Shown: positions 33,461 through 34,534 of the stretch, piece after piece
Position numbering within the stretch: position 1 is the first letter of the stretch
Layout of the letters: each line of letters begins with the position of its first letter
Assembly: GCF_001194135.2 (NCBI RefSeq)
Contig: NC_068997.1
Coordinates: 44,147,492-44,182,025, forward strand
Length of the DNA: 34,534 nt
Origin: Octopus bimaculoides
Lineage: Eukaryota
Direction: 5' to 3'
The notes under the pieces: model-generated
Told to the model about the DNA's origin: nothing
Database searches by the model: none
What the model saw: the letters and a program-made list of their open reading frames with translations, nothing else
Made by a program: the position numbers and the translations under genes

Positions 33461-33885
33461 ATGGCAGGAATTTGCTTTCCGCCGTCGACCGAACCTTCTC
33501 ATTCTTTGGAGTCACACACATCGGACATCAACGGACTTGCTTTTTCTAAACATGTTATGGCCAGCTGTGCAGGCGACAAAACTGTTCGTTTGTGGTCGTT
33601 TCCAGGATTCGCCGAAATAAATCCTTTTTCGCCTCTCACAGGGCATAGTTTGTATGTGAACTCCTGTACGTTTAATCCGGCCGGAACGTTGTTGGCATCT
33701 TGTTCTACGGACGGTAAACTAATACTTTGGAATCTAAATACAGGGCATCAAGAAGCTGTTCTCGAACACCCGTCCAAAGGTGGTATACGTGTGTGTAAGT
33801 TTTCTCCAAACGGTTTTTACCTTGTGTCAGGAAGTGACGATGAGACTTTGTGTATTTGGGAATCCACGTCTTTAGATTTGATAAG
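33461..33885 (+). CDS. WDSUB1: First coding exon of WD repeat, SAM and U-box domain protein 1-like (about three WD40 repeats)
   Basis: ACA-ATG-G start. Repeats HTSDINGLAFS..ASCAGDKTVRLW, GHSLYVNSCTFNPAGTLLASCSTDGKLILWN and IRVCKFSPNGFYLVSGSDDETLCIWE closely resemble the vertebrate WDSUB1 N-terminus (LASCSTDG, VRVCxFSP). AG|GTATGT donor after 33885 (phase 2). Confidence 0.85.
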
Positions 33886-34065
33886 GTATGTATGCTGTTG
33901 TTCTTGAGCACTGCATCTGCACTGATCGAAATGATCTATGTTTAAAAACATTCTAGCCCAATGTGATATATGTGTCAGTTTTCTTTACTCTAAGACGGTA
34001 GGGTGTGATTTGAGGGAAATATGGTTTTGGATCGAAAGACCGCGAAGTGTCCCTCGTTAACTCAA

Positions 34066-34067
34066 TG

Positions 34068-34116
<49 letters not shown>

Positions 34117-34118
34117 TT
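34066..34118. repeat. (TA)n(TG)n microsatellite; others (TA)n about 2333-2395, (TA)n(GA)n 24897-24946, (CTA)n about 28748-28770
   Basis: Directly visible. Confidence 0.95.
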
Positions 34119-34534
34119 GTGTGTAAGTACGCCGCACGCATGCAGTGATATTCTTTTTGGCGATCTTTGGTAAGATCGCAGTTTTTCTGTTTTTTGACAA
34201 TGACACGGTCTCCAACTGGACAGTTTTCTATGAGTAAATTCCAGAATCCTCGGAAACCGGTGAGGACTAGTGTTAGCGACAATGGTAATGGAAGTGCCCA
34301 AGTGAGTTTATAGGTCTCACTAAATTCAGCTGTTGCGAGGAGTGGACGTTTTGGACTAAATTTCTTCAGTGACGCTTCCCATGAGTTTTCGTCTTACAAG
34401 TTTTATCATCGTCAATTTCCAGCTGTCGGGTCAAAAATGAATTCTCGGTGTATCCTTTTGAGCTGCTGCTTCTAGTAATCGAATGTTCGACAAATAACAT
34501 CTTACTGTTAACAAAAAAAAAAAAAAAAAAAAAA

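Noticed and set aside
33886-33907. C-terminal YVCCCS* of the 148-aa ORF as the true protein end
   Set aside because: It is read-through into the intron after the AG|GTATGT donor; WDSUB1 requires further WD40, SAM and U-box exons.
34140-34505. Coding fragment in the CpG-containing stretch after the (TA)n
   Set aside because: All frames I translated contain stops and show no recognisable motif or splice pair; left uncalled.
34511-34534. Terminal poly(A) as an mRNA tail or processed pseudogene mark
   Set aside because: It is an A-run at the window edge inside the WDSUB1 intron; both genes have introns.

Overview
AT-rich eukaryotic (metazoan) genomic scaffold with five N-gaps. From recall, the SINE families present resemble those of Octopus; this is an inference, not a database result. 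Two protein-coding genes lie head-to-head. (1) On the minus strand is an aspartyl aminopeptidase (DNPEP, peptidase M18). I reconstructed eight internal coding exons (13759 down to 388), all with GT-AG boundaries and consistent phases, plus a probable ATG-only first coding exon at 26020-26022. This gives 263 codons, and the gene runs off the left edge. (2) On the plus strand is the first coding exon of a WD40 protein matching WDSUB1 (33461-33885). Introns and the intergenic space are filled with retroposon families (labelled A, B, C, D here), LINE fragments, piggyBac-, hAT- and Helitron-type non-autonomous elements, a deleted DDE transposase remnant and microsatellites. There is no CRISPR array or prokaryotic system. 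The most interesting observations are: a cryptic antisense, apparently spliced DOMON-like fragment in DNPEP intron 6; inverted SINE pairs flanking frame-preserving exon blocks (circRNA/ADAR candidates); minisatellites built from SINE pieces; a probable filled/empty SINE allele pair assembled in tandem; and modular SINEs sharing 3' tails.
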